Of a stretch of 56,145 nucleotides of DNA, positions 47,233 to 56,145 are shown in pieces. Numbering within the stretch: the first letter of the stretch is position 1; each line of letters begins with the position of its first letter. Origin of the DNA: Myxococcales bacterium (GTDB lineage: Bacteria; Myxococcota_A; Polyangia; Polyangiales; Polyangiaceae); assembly GCA_043747615.1 (NCBI GenBank), contig JAYTOU010000097.1:1-56145 (forward strand), in the 5' to 3' direction. The translations under genes were made by a program, and so were the position numbers. The notes under the pieces are model-generated. The model saw only the letters and a list, made by a program, of their open reading frames with translations. It was not told the origin of the DNA and searched no databases.

Positions 47233-47670
47233 ATGATCGCAGCTACCCCCATGACCCGCGAGGTCATCATCGTGCCGCCCGAACTCTCCCTCGACGTCGC
47301 CTGGCTCATCATGAATCGTGAACGCATCCGTCATCTTCCCGTCGCGCGCGGCGGTGTGCTTCTCGGAATCCTATCCGATCGCGACGTGCTCCTGCGTTCG
47401 TCTCTTGGCCCAAACGGAAACGTGGTCGTCCCGAAGGGACTCGTCGCTGTCGCGATGACAGCGTCGCCGGTGACGTGCGTGCCATCCACCCCCGTGGCCC
47501 AACTCGTGCGCTTGATGACGGAGCGCAAGATCGACGCGATTCCCGTCATCACCGGCGACGAACGACTCGTCGGCCTCGTCACGTCGACCGATCTCCTTCT
47601 CTTGCTCATCGATTTCGAGGAGGCCCGGCCGCTGCCATTCGAATTTCGTCTCCGAGAAGCGGCGGCTTGA
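47233..47670 (+). CDS. CBS-pair domain protein
   Basis: IRHLPV...LLGILSDRD and IDAIPV...LVGLVTSTD. Confidence 0.9.
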   Translation: MIAATPMTREVIIVPPELSLDVAWLIMNRERIRHLPVARGGVLLGILSDRDVLLRSSLGPNGNVVVPKGLVAVAMTASPVTCVPSTPVAQLVRLMTERKIDAIPVITGDERLVGLVTSTDLLLLLIDFEEARPLPFEFRLREAAA

Positions 47671-47768
47671 GACGTTCCTGCGTTTGCCTGACATGTGCGT
47701 CGCAATGACTTTTTCCTAGGTCTGAACACGCGGGACCCGTGACGACGAGCGTGCGAGAGCCCGCCTCG

Positions 47769-48539
47769 TCAGCCCTCGTCGCAGCGCGAGCCGGCGAACG
47801 CGGGGGTCACCGCTTCCGACGCATCTCCCAAACTCGTTTGCAGAAGGCGAAGCGCAACGACGGGATCGTCCACGTACTGGAAGAGCTCGGCATCCTCGCG
47901 GCTGATCATGCCGTGCCGTACGAGTGCCTCGAAGCTGATGATCTCCTTCCAGTAGGTGGAGCCGTAAAGGAGAATTGGGACTGGTCGATCGAGCTTACGC
48001 GTCTGCATCAACGTCAGACACTCGAGCAGCTCGTCCAGCGTGCCAAAGCCGCCGGGGAAGACCACGAGCGCGCGCGCCAAGTGGGCGAACCAAAGCTTGC
48101 GCATGAAGAAGTAGCGGAACTGGAACGACAGCTCCGGGGTGACGTACGGGTTGAGGACTTGCTCGCGCGGAAGACCGATATTGAGGCCGATCGTTCGTCC
48201 GCCTGCCTCGGATGCCCCTCGGTTCGCCGCTTCCATGATGCCTCCTCCGCCGCCGGAGCAGATGACGTACCGATGGGCGTCCGCAGAGATGGTCTTCGCC
48301 CACGCGGTGACGAGCCGCGCGAGCTCGCGGGCGTCCGCGTAGTAACGGCCGAGGGGGCCATCTGGAGACAGCCGCGCGGAGCCAAAGAAAACGATCGTGT
48401 CTTGGATCTTCTCGCGTCGAAAAATCGACAGTGGCTCGAGGTACTCGGCGAGCATGCGGAGCGGGCGCGCGTCGTCACTGTCGAGAAAGACTTCGTTCTC
48501 GTATGCGAGCGGACGGCTTCTTGCCGCGGCCGGCGTCAC
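47769..48539 (-). CDS. LOG family (TIGR00730-like) protein
   Basis: FFGSAR, SGGGGGIMEAANRGA, YFFMRK, PGGFGTLDE; GTGA coupling to upstream gene. Confidence 0.92.
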   Translation of the reverse strand: MTPAAARSRPLAYENEVFLDSDDARPLRMLAEYLEPLSIFRREKIQDTIVFFGSARLSPDGPLGRYYADARELARLVTAWAKTISADAHRYVICSGGGGGIMEAANRGASEAGGRTIGLNIGLPREQVLNPYVTPELSFQFRYFFMRKLWFAHLARALVVFPGGFGTLDELLECLTLMQTRKLDRPVPILLYGSTYWKEIISFEALVRHGMISREDAELFQYVDDPVVALRLLQTSLGDASEAVTPAFAGSRCDEG

Positions 48540-49990
48540 GGTGCGGAGGACCGAGCGAAGTCGATGAAGCCGCGTTCCACATTGGTGTGGACGAGCTCGA
48601 CGCGGACGCGATCGCCGACGTCGAGCCCCTCGTATCCGCGCACGACTCTGCCTTCGGTCGCGGGGTGAAGAATGCGGACCCACGTGCCTTTCTCGGAGGC
48701 TCCGGTCACCAGGCCGTCGAAGCGTTCACCGATCCGCGATCCGAGAAGAAGGGCTGCCGCGGATTTACCTACTTGGCGTTCCACCTTGGCCGCGTTGGTC
48801 TCTTGATCCGTGCAGTGGCGGGCGAGCGCACCGAGCTCGTCGATCGTGTAAGGCAACGCATCCCCCGAGATGGCCGCCTTCAAAAGACGCTGCGTGACGA
48901 GATCGGGGAAGCGGCGATTCGGCGCCGTTGAGTGCGTGTAGTCGGTCACCGCCAGCCCGAAGTGCCCCTCCGTCCGTTGGCTCGGGAGCTCGAGCACATA
49001 CTCGCCGCGGCCGAGGAGCTTGACCACCGAAAGAGACAGATCCGGAAAGAGCGTGGGCTCGGCCAAACGCCGCTTCGTGAGAAACTGCGCGAGGGCTTCG
49101 CCGCTCGGGTCGGGCGGCAAATGGTCGCCAAGATTCTCGGCTATGGCGACGATCCGACTCCAGCGCTCGGGTGAACGGAGCACGCGTCGGAGCGACGGAG
49201 ATCCCTTGCCCGCGAGAAACTTCGCGGTCACGCCGTTCGCCGCAACCATGAAATCTTCGATCAGCTCCTTCGCGCGATTCGGCTCGTCTGGCCTTAGATC
49301 CGTGAGCTCGTCTCCGTTGAACACCGCCTCGGCCTCGGGCGTTTGCAACGTGAGCGCGCCGTGCTGATAGCGAAGTCGGCGCATGGCCTGGGCCGCGCGG
49401 TCTTGCATTCGGAGCTGCGCATCGAGCCCGGACACCTCGCTGATCCGCGCCGGCGCGGGAGCAGTTCCCTCGAGCCATGCAGCGACCGCGTTGTAGGCAA
49501 GCTTCGCGTGATTGTGTACCGTCGCGCGATAGACGTCCGAGTCCGTCACCGTGCCGTCGGCGTTGACGACCATCTCGATCACGATTGCTGGCCGGTCTTG
49601 GCCCTCCCCGAGCGACGTCAGATCCGTGGAGAGCCTCTCCGGTAGCATCGGGAAGAGCGCGGCCGCCGTGTAGACGGATGTCGTGTTCGTCTCAGCGTGC
49701 TTGTCGATCGCCGTGTGTCGTTTCACGAGCGCGTCTACGTCAGCAACCGCGACGAAGATCCTCACGGCACCCCCGGCCATCGACTCGGAGACCGACAGCT
49801 GATCCAGATCGCGGGACGTATCGTTGTCGATCGAGGCCCACAGAAGGCGACGGAGATCGCGGATGGTGGGCCCTTTTTCCATCGGCGCCTCCGCGAGGGC
49901 GCGCAATTCTGTCGTCACGGCAGGCGAGAATTCTGGCAAGAGACCGCGCTGGATCATGAGTCGATAAGCGATCGTTTTGAGCTGGTTCAT
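48536..49990 (-). CDS. RNB-domain exoribonuclease (RNase II/R-like, short form)
   Basis: SIDNDTSRDLDQ, LIEDFMVAAN, HFGLA...YTHSTAPNRRFPDLVTQR, C-terminal S1-like region. Confidence 0.93.
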   Translation of the reverse strand: MNQLKTIAYRLMIQRGLLPEFSPAVTTELRALAEAPMEKGPTIRDLRRLLWASIDNDTSRDLDQLSVSESMAGGAVRIFVAVADVDALVKRHTAIDKHAETNTTSVYTAAALFPMLPERLSTDLTSLGEGQDRPAIVIEMVVNADGTVTDSDVYRATVHNHAKLAYNAVAAWLEGTAPAPARISEVSGLDAQLRMQDRAAQAMRRLRYQHGALTLQTPEAEAVFNGDELTDLRPDEPNRAKELIEDFMVAANGVTAKFLAGKGSPSLRRVLRSPERWSRIVAIAENLGDHLPPDPSGEALAQFLTKRRLAEPTLFPDLSLSVVKLLGRGEYVLELPSQRTEGHFGLAVTDYTHSTAPNRRFPDLVTQRLLKAAISGDALPYTIDELGALARHCTDQETNAAKVERQVGKSAAALLLGSRIGERFDGLVTGASEKGTWVRILHPATEGRVVRGYEGLDVGDRVRVELVHTNVERGFIDFARSSAP

Positions 49991-50007
49991 GGTCGATTCG
50001 GAACTCA

Positions 50008-50023
50008 AGCAAGTTCACGGCCA
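50008..50023 (-). promoter_or_regulatory. sigma54 promoter candidate for RNase/LOG operon
   Basis: Minus strand TGGCCGT-GAAC-TTGCT. Confidence 0.65.
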
Positions 50024-50165
50024 CTCGGCTTCCGACCTGACGGAGCAGAAGCTGCACGTTGCCTCTCGCGCAGCCCTCGCGCCCTCGCGCAAGAGATGCA
50101 CGTCGGAGGCCCGGAGGCGATCACGATCCGAGCATGCCCCAACTGTCCGCAGGTATTTTGCGCGC

Positions 50166-50181
50166 CGGCGCCGCTCTTGCA
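50166..50181 (+). promoter_or_regulatory. sigma54 promoter candidate for hydrolase/PAP2 operon
   Basis: CGGCGCC-GCTC-TTGCA. Confidence 0.55.
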
Positions 50182-50196
50182 GTCGGCTGTCGGTTC

Positions 50197-50985
50197 GTGA
50201 AATCTGTTTGGATCAAAGTGCATGGCCGAAAGGCCCACGCGCGCGTCGCGGATGAGGCGGCTGGCACGCCGATCGTGCTCGTGCACGGCATCGGGGTCTC
50301 GAGCGCGTACCTCGTGCCGACCGCACTCGCGCTAGCTTCAGACCACCCCGTCTACGCGCCCGACTTGCCGGGCTTCGGTCGCAGCAAAGGGCCTTCTCGA
50401 GCGCTCAATGTCGCGCAGCTTGCCGAAGAGTTGCTCGCATGGATGGATGCGATGGGACTCGCGCGACCCGTGCTCCTCGGCAACTCGTTCGGGTGCCAGG
50501 TGATCGTTGCGCTGTCGGTCGTAGCGCCCGAGCGCGTCGCCGCCCTGGTCCTCTTGGGGCCAACGGTCGACCCGCGATGGCGGACTTTCCTGCGGCAAAT
50601 CCCGCGGTGGATCGTCGAGGGCATGCGCGAACCCTGGTCGATTTTTCCGATCCTCGCGCTCGACTACCTTCGCTGCGGCACACGTCGCTTCCTCGGAACC
50701 GCTCGTTTCGCCCTCGCCAATCGAATGGAAGACGCTCTCCCCTCTGTGCGCGCGCCAACGCTCGTCGTGCGCGGCGGGCGCGATGCGTTCGTCTCTCCTG
50801 CGTGGGCAGAGCGCGTGACGAATCTCCTGTCGAACGGCGAGCTGGCCACCCTTGCCGGCGCTGCCCACGCGGCGAACTACTCCGCGCCAGACGAGGTCGC
50901 GCGCGTCGTTCGCGCGTTTCTCGCGAGATCATGTGCACGAACGGAGCAGGTTGACGGTTCGAGATCGCGCTTTTGCGAGGCATAG
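50197..50985 (+). CDS. Alpha/beta-fold hydrolase
   Basis: VLVHG, DLPGFGRS, GNSFG nucleophile elbow, GGRD, AAH; GTG start inferred. Confidence 0.9.
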   Translation: MKSVWIKVHGRKAHARVADEAAGTPIVLVHGIGVSSAYLVPTALALASDHPVYAPDLPGFGRSKGPSRALNVAQLAEELLAWMDAMGLARPVLLGNSFGCQVIVALSVVAPERVAALVLLGPTVDPRWRTFLRQIPRWIVEGMREPWSIFPILALDYLRCGTRRFLGTARFALANRMEDALPSVRAPTLVVRGGRDAFVSPAWAERVTNLLSNGELATLAGAAHAANYSAPDEVARVVRAFLARSCARTEQVDGSRSRFCEA

Positions 50986-51872
50986 CGAACCGCCCCGACC
51001 GCTTGACTCTCTGGGTGCTCGCGCTGTTCGCCGTGGTTGCGCCACTGCGGGCAGCCGAGCCGATACGCGTTCTTGCGCTTATTGCCGCGATGGCGGCCGT
51101 AGTTCTTGCCGTCGCAGCGTGGGGCGCGCGATCGCACGTGGGGGCCATCGTGCACGACGTTGGTTCCCCAGCTCTTTGCGTGCTCGGCGCGTTCGAGCTC
51201 GGCGGGAGCGTGATGTACGTCCCGGCCTCTGCGCGGTGGGATCACGCACTTAGCACCGTCGATGTTCGCCTCTTCGGCGGTCTTCCCGATGCGTGGCGCG
51301 CAGCGCTCGGTCGCCCGGCGTGGCTCACGGACGCGGCCTCTTTAGCGTACCTCTCGTTCTTTGCCTTTCCGGTCGCGATCGGCGCGGCGCTCTACCTTAC
51401 GGGCCGGCGGCGCGAGTTCGAACGCTTTGCGTTCATAGTCCTCGCAAGCTTCTTCGTCCCGTATCTCGGATACTTGCTGATGCCGGCGACCGGGCCGCGC
51501 GTGCCCATCGATCGCGAAGCCGTGTTGCTCGGTGGCACTGCGATCAGCACGGCCTGTCGTGCCTTCTTTCGCGCCGGGGAGCTCAATGTCATCGACGCAT
51601 TTCCGAGCGCTCATACGTTGGTGTCGCTCACCACGCTGTCGTTCGCGTGGCGAAGCTTTCCGCGATGGCGCGCGGCGTCATGCGCTTTAGTTGCCGCTAT
51701 CCTGTTTGCGACCGTTTTTCTGTCTTTTCACTACGTCATCGACCTCGTTGCCGGAGCGTGCCTCGCTCTGGCCATGCCGGTGATTGTGGGCCCGCTTCGA
51801 TCCTTCTGCGGGCCGTCGTCCGCCAGAAAGAGTGCGCAACGGGCCGAGCTCATGGGTGGCAGCGTCGGCTAG
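50973..51872 (+). CDS. PAP2-superfamily membrane enzyme (Aur1/IPC-synthase-like)
   Basis: PATGPR, DAFPSAH, HYVIDLVAG; multi-TM; start uncertain. Confidence 0.85.
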   Translation: MRGIANRPDRLTLWVLALFAVVAPLRAAEPIRVLALIAAMAAVVLAVAAWGARSHVGAIVHDVGSPALCVLGAFELGGSVMYVPASARWDHALSTVDVRLFGGLPDAWRAALGRPAWLTDAASLAYLSFFAFPVAIGAALYLTGRRREFERFAFIVLASFFVPYLGYLLMPATGPRVPIDREAVLLGGTAISTACRAFFRAGELNVIDAFPSAHTLVSLTTLSFAWRSFPRWRAASCALVAAILFATVFLSFHYVIDLVAGACLALAMPVIVGPLRSFCGPSSARKSAQRAELMGGSVG

Positions 51873-51906
51873 CCGCGAAAGCGAAACCAGAGACCCTATG
51901 GCAATT

Positions 51907-52074
51907 TCATTTCGCACAGCCCGCATGCCCACAGCCGCAAGCATGCGCGACGTGGCCCGCAGCGCCGCCGTGTTTGGCGCAGGAATCACAGCAAAACTTA
52001 TCGCCTTTTGCCGCCCGCTCTTTGGGGACCAAGCAGTTGCAGCCTTCGTGTGTGCACGTCGCGCTTTCAGTCAT
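51907..52074 (-). CDS. Bacterial metallothionein, SmtA/BmtA-like (not in ORF track)
   Basis: MTESATCTHEGCNCLVPKERAAKGDKFCCDSCAKHGGAAGHVAHACGCGHAGCAK*; 55 aa, 9 Cys, 5 His. Confidence 0.88.
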   Translation of the reverse strand: MTESATCTHEGCNCLVPKERAAKGDKFCCDSCAKHGGAAGHVAHACGCGHAGCAK

Positions 52075-52171
52075 GGTGAGTGCGATGCGGGCGGTCGAGG
52101 GAGCGTTGCACGGTCAGGAGGCGTCGCCTAATGAGGTGGAGGTACCAGAACTGTCGCGGTGAGATCGGTCC

Positions 52172-52774
52172 TCAACGGGCGCTTTTGCGAGCTCCGATGG
52201 CATAGCCCACGAGAGCGACTAGGGGATGCAACACCAGAGCGACGACGAAGCTCGTCGCGATGAGCGAGAAGCTCGGCCGGACCCACCAGAAAAGCAGCGG
52301 CCACACTCCCGTGAGCAGATCGACCTGATCCCACACGTAGAAGACGACTGCGCGCCGGCCTCCGCTGGTCTCGCCCGGCGGAATGCCAAGCTGTCGCTTC
52401 GTGAACGAGTTCGGGAGCTCGCCCACCATTGCGCCAGTGCCCATCGCGGCGCCAAACCAGAAGGGATTCATCTGCCCGTAGTCAGCGACCTGGAGAAACG
52501 ACGGGACATGGGCTCGGAGTGCCTGCTGAACGAGGACAGCTCCGATCGATCCGGCGACGGCTACGGCCACGCCACGCCACGTCTTGCTGTCACCGAACAG
52601 GCGGTGACCTTTAAAAGTCGCGCCGTGGTCGATCGGACGTCGCAGAACGCGTAGCCAATCAAAGCGAAGTACGAGCCCAGAGAGCGCCGCCGAAAAGAGC
52701 AGTGGGAGAAAGAGATAAAGCGCTCGCACTACAGCAAGAGCTTCCTCGTGGAGCGCCTCGAGCATCGCGCTCAC
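52172..52774 (-). CDS. CDP-archaeol synthase (CarS/DUF46)-like membrane protein
   Basis: PID.G......RLFGDSKTWRG, GELPNSFTKRQLG, DQVD. Confidence 0.85.
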   Translation of the reverse strand: MSAMLEALHEEALAVVRALYLFLPLLFSAALSGLVLRFDWLRVLRRPIDHGATFKGHRLFGDSKTWRGVAVAVAGSIGAVLVQQALRAHVPSFLQVADYGQMNPFWFGAAMGTGAMVGELPNSFTKRQLGIPPGETSGGRRAVVFYVWDQVDLLTGVWPLLFWWVRPSFSLIATSFVVALVLHPLVALVGYAIGARKSAR

Positions 52775-53049
52775 TCCGAGGTGGCGGAGTCGATGGTCAT
52801 CGTGCGCGGCCGGCCTTGCAAACGTCGCTTCGCGCGGACCGTGGCTGGATCCACCGTTATCAAGTCATCCGCGGGCCAGTAGAGACCCCCGGCGTAGGCG
52901 GCGCAAGCGGAATGCGGGAGCCAGCCCGCATGGGGCACACTGAGTCTCGACTCGAATTTTGTGACGAGCGCAAGCGCGAAATCGAGCGCGCAGGTGGCCG
53001 ACTCAAGAAAATCCGTGGGGATGAGGAGTTGCGTGAAGAACATCGTCAT
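52771..53049 (-). pseudogene. Truncated universal stress protein
   Basis: QLLIPTDFLESATCALDFALAL...SRL..PH is a USP N-terminus; C-terminal motif missing. Confidence 0.65.
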
Positions 53050-53298
53050 GATCGCAGGTCCTTGTGCAACTACCGATCTTGGTTGAACGCGCTCAGCTTG
53101 CGCCGCCGCGCAAGCGTTGCAGCGGTCCTTCGAACAAGTGATCTGGCCTTGCGGTCGTGGGAAATGAGACACATTGCGCTCGCGCAGGAGGGCGCACCGT
53201 GGCTCGGCCTCGCCGGCGGCGCAACGCTTCTCCTTGGCGCCCTGATGCTCCCGCGGCCAGCGTCGAGCTGATGCCGTCTTGCTAAATCGGGTCAGCGT

Positions 53299-53314
53299 TG
53301 GCGGACTTCTTGCG
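53299..53314 (+). promoter_or_regulatory. sigma54 promoter candidate for tandem USP gene
   Basis: TGGCGGA-CTTC-TTGCG. Confidence 0.6.
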
Positions 53315-53329
53315 TGAAGATCGAGACAA

Positions 53330-54382
53330 ATGGCGAACCTTCTCAGCAGCTCGAATGCCAGTCGCCTCAAAGCTCCACATTACCAATCAGTAGCCCAGGC
53401 GCGCGACGCTCACTCGCTCCGTCGCATTCTTGTTTGCGTCGACCACTCACCGTTTTCGGAGGTAGGACTGCGCTATGCAGTCGCGATCTCCAAGAGCCTA
53501 GGTGGCGCGATTACGCTGCTCCACGTGATGCAGCCTGCCGACCACCGATCCGAACCGCAGACGACGAACGTGCTCGATTGGGAGATCTCCCGTCAGGCAG
53601 CGAGCGCCTACCTCGAACGCCTCGCGACGGAGGGAACGAAGGCGTTGGGACGGCAAGTCGAAACGCGGCTCGAACAAGGTCAGCCCGTTGAGCGCATCAC
53701 GGCAGTGGCGCGTGAGCTCGACGCCGGTCTCACTGTGCTCGGAAGTCAGGGCGAAGAGGGCGCGGCGGGACGGAATCTTGGCAGCACCGTTCTGCAGGTT
53801 CTGGCGGTGACGCGCGGCTCTGTGCTCATCGCGCGCTCGAGCTCCGCGGTCGACGGCGATTTCGCCCCGAAGCGTATTCTCGTGCCGCTCGACGGCTCTG
53901 TCCGCGCCGAAAGTGTCTTGCCCACCGCGGTGCGAATTGCCAGCGCGCACAACGCCGAGCTGCTGCTCGTCTTCGTAGTTCGAGAGCCCGGCCCGACCGC
54001 GGTGCAAACCCCGGAGGATCTCGAGGTTGCGCGGGAGCTTGCCAAGCGTCTTGAGGTCAGTGGCAAGCGCTACCTGGAAGGCCTCTGTGAGCAAGTCATG
54101 CGCGAGGGGGTGTCCGCTCGGTCCGTCGTCCTTCGAAACGTGGATGAACGGCAGTCCCTTCTCGAGCTCTCTCAGAAGGAGAAGACGGATCTCATCGTGC
54201 TCTCCGCGCACGGCTCCACTTGCAACAGCGCGCTGGTCTTCGGGGGAGTCACGGCCCATCTCCTCACGCACTCAGTCGTTTCCCTGCTGGTTCTGCAAGA
54301 CCTCCGTGACTCCGAGCTTCGCGGACCAGAGCTCGATGGGCCCGCGCCGCCGCTGCGCGCATCTTACCCGGAGGGCGCTTGA
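53330..54382 (+). CDS. Tandem-domain universal stress protein
   Basis: RILVCVDHS...LGSTVLQVL and RILVPLDGS...DLIVLSAHG...GGVTAHLL. Confidence 0.92.
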   Translation: MANLLSSSNASRLKAPHYQSVAQARDAHSLRRILVCVDHSPFSEVGLRYAVAISKSLGGAITLLHVMQPADHRSEPQTTNVLDWEISRQAASAYLERLATEGTKALGRQVETRLEQGQPVERITAVARELDAGLTVLGSQGEEGAAGRNLGSTVLQVLAVTRGSVLIARSSSAVDGDFAPKRILVPLDGSVRAESVLPTAVRIASAHNAELLLVFVVREPGPTAVQTPEDLEVARELAKRLEVSGKRYLEGLCEQVMREGVSARSVVLRNVDERQSLLELSQKEKTDLIVLSAHGSTCNSALVFGGVTAHLLTHSVVSLLVLQDLRDSELRGPELDGPAPPLRASYPEGA

Positions 54383-54554
54383 CCGCGGCGGCAAGAGCCC
54401 TGAGCGAATCTTTTCGCATCGTCACCCCGCTACTTCGTACCGCACCCGCGAAGCATCGGACCACATAGCGTAAAATACAAACACGCCTATCTCACCCTTG
54501 CAGTGCAAGTCGACTGGCCATTCCAGAAGGACGCCACCTCCACGGCAGTCTTTC

Positions 54555-56145
54555 TCAGCGGCTGGTGAGGCTCGCGATCACGGCGAGCAGCTCAGACGGC
54601 TCCACAGGCTTCGCGACGTGGTTGTTGAAGCCCGCACGGAGCGCGCGCGTCCGATCCTCGAGACGCCCGTACGCGGTCAGAGCGACAGCAGGAGTCCGGC
54701 CTCCGTCTGCACGCGAAAGCGCACGAATGCGACCGATGAGCGAGAGGCCGTCTTCGTCCGGCATCGCGATGTCCGAGATCATCAAATTGACCGTCAGGCT
54801 CTTCACGACCTCGAACGCCTCCGCCGCGCTCGCGACCGTCGTGACGGTGATCTTGCATGACTCGAGGAGCGTCCGGATCAGCTCGCGCGCATCGGGCTCG
54901 TCATCGACGACGAGGACGCGCAAGCCCTCGATCTCATGCGGACGTTCGAACGTCGATGACGTAGCGCTGAACGTGCTCGAGACACGGACCATGTCTGGCG
55001 CATCGTCCGGCGCGGGCAGCGTCACCACGAACGACGAGCCCAGACCGAGCCCGCCGCTCCTCGCCTCGATAGTGCCGCCATGGATCTCGACGAGGTGCTT
55101 CACGATCGCGAGCCCGAGCCCGAGGCCGCCCTTCGACCGCGTCGTCGTCCCATCGGCTTGCTTGAAGCGCTCGAAGACGTGGGGGAGGAAGTCGCGCTCG
55201 ATTCCCTGCCCGCTGTCCTCGACGACGATCTCGATGCCATGCTCGGTGCGCCGCACGCTGACGAGGACACGCCCGCCCTTGGGCGTGAATTTGATCGCGT
55301 TGGTCAGCAGATTCCAAATGATCTGCTGGATGCGGGCGACATCGCCTGTGATCTGGCCCGCCGCCGGGTCGATGCGGACATCGAGGGCAATGCCCTTCGC
55401 ATCAGCGGCAAGGCGCACCGCTTCGAGCGCCATTTCCGTGGTCGACGGGACATCGACATTACCGACCTCGACGCGGAGGGTGCCAGAGACGATGCGACTG
55501 ACGTCGAGGAGGTCCTCGATGAGCTGCGCCTGGGAGCGCGCATTGCGCTCGATCGTCTCGAGGGCGCGTCTTACGCGGGCCTCGTCGAGGCCCCCCCTGA
55601 GCAAGATGCTGGTCCAACCGGTAATGGCGTTGAGCGGCGTGCGCAACTCGTGCGAGACCATCGCAAGGAAGTCGTCCTTGCTACGATTCGCGGCCTCTGC
55701 CTCGGCGCGTGCGCTGCGCTCGCGCTCGAGGATCTGCGCGCGCTCTGCCTCGACGCATGCCCGCGCAATGCCGAGCGCCACGAGGTTCGCGATCGTCGTC
55801 AGGGCGTGCAGCGCGTCACCGATCGGCGCGCGACTGCAGAACGCGATGACGCCGTGGGTCTCGTCGCGCACCACGAGCGGTAGCACCGCGAAGCCACGCA
55901 CGCCGGGTGCGCACGCCCCAAGCCGGACGATCTCAGCGGCGTCGTCGGTGACCACCGCTTTTTGCCCAGCGGCGACCTCGCGGATCACGTGCTCGGGGTG
56001 CCTCGAGCCGGCGGAAGGAGGCTCAAGAATGCCCTTCTCACTTGCCCACCCGGTCGACGCGAGGAGCTCGAGCTTGCCGTCGCGTTGCGTCCAAAGCTCG
56101 ACGGAGGGCGCGTCGAGGTGCAACGCGAGGGTGTCCGTACAGTGT
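54555..56145 (-). CDS. Hybrid histidine kinase GAF-HisKA-HATPase-REC (5' end probably outside window)
   Basis: SHELRTPL, NLLTNAIKFT, GGLGLGL, VVDDE, SDIAMP; frame open to the window edge. Confidence 0.92.
   Translation of the reverse strand, partial: HCTDTLALHLDAPSVELWTQRDGKLELLASTGWASEKGILEPPSAGSRHPEHVIREVAAGQKAVVTDDAAEIVRLGACAPGVRGFAVLPLVVRDETHGVIAFCSRAPIGDALHALTTIANLVALGIARACVEAERAQILERERSARAEAEAANRSKDDFLAMVSHELRTPLNAITGWTSILLRGGLDEARVRRALETIERNARSQAQLIEDLLDVSRIVSGTLRVEVGNVDVPSTTEMALEAVRLAADAKGIALDVRIDPAAGQITGDVARIQQIIWNLLTNAIKFTPKGGRVLVSVRRTEHGIEIVVEDSGQGIERDFLPHVFERFKQADGTTTRSKGGLGLGLAIVKHLVEIHGGTIEARSGGLGLGSSFVVTLPAPDDAPDMVRVSSTFSATSSTFERPHEIEGLRVLVVDDEPDARELIRTLLESCKITVTTVASAAEAFEVVKSLTVNLMISDIAMPDEDGLSLIGRIRALSRADGGRTPAVALTAYGRLEDRTRALRAGFNNHVAKPVEPSELLAVIASLTSR

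Noticed and set aside
53065..53080. sigma54 promoter for the truncated USP
   Set aside because: TTGCA present but the -24 GG is missing
54494..54510. sigma54-like TGGCCAGTCGACTTGCA on minus strand (position approximate)
   Set aside because: GG-N11-GC spacing is wrong and no convincing downstream gene
261..55883. Many long antisense and alternate-frame ORFs (e.g. 261-1394, 36951-38300, 47739-48668)
   Set aside because: Arg/Gly-rich shadows of well-supported genes, expected in GC-rich DNA

Overview
GC-rich bacterial window; gene content (many Cys-rich lipoproteins, ECF/FecR module, sigma54 control) suggests a Myxococcota/Polyangiaceae-like organism (inference). Left to right: (1) 1-5 kb lipid/acyl-CoA genes (SCP2, Fe-ADH, SDR, acyl-CoA dehydrogenase) plus a receiver protein with a histone-H1-like tail, three of these genes bracketed by a 46-bp inverted repeat pair; (2) 7-21 kb potassium island: two paralogous porins divergent from a 26-aa ORF-kdpFABCDE operon and a KimA-like permease, with back-to-back KdpE-type boxes; (3) a hybrid kinase and ligD; (4) 26-35 kb, the best candidate for an undescribed system: two paralogous cassettes of DUF4266-like CGCN lipopeptide + DUF3570-like barrel + diheme c lipoprotein + CX4CH lipoprotein (plus a CX3CH lipoprotein in copy 2), flanking an ECF sigma/FecR/Cys-rich module; (5) 35-56 kb stress region: RND pump divergent from a kinase/NtrC-family pair across a symmetric bidirectional sigma54 enhancer, a decayed sulfur operon around tauE, CBS, LOG, RNase II-like, hydrolase, PAP2, an SmtA-like metallothionein absent from the ORF track, CarS-like and USP genes. 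Nine sigma54-like promoters were read by eye. No rRNA, tRNA, CRISPR or transposase seen. All family calls are from motif recognition; no database search was run.
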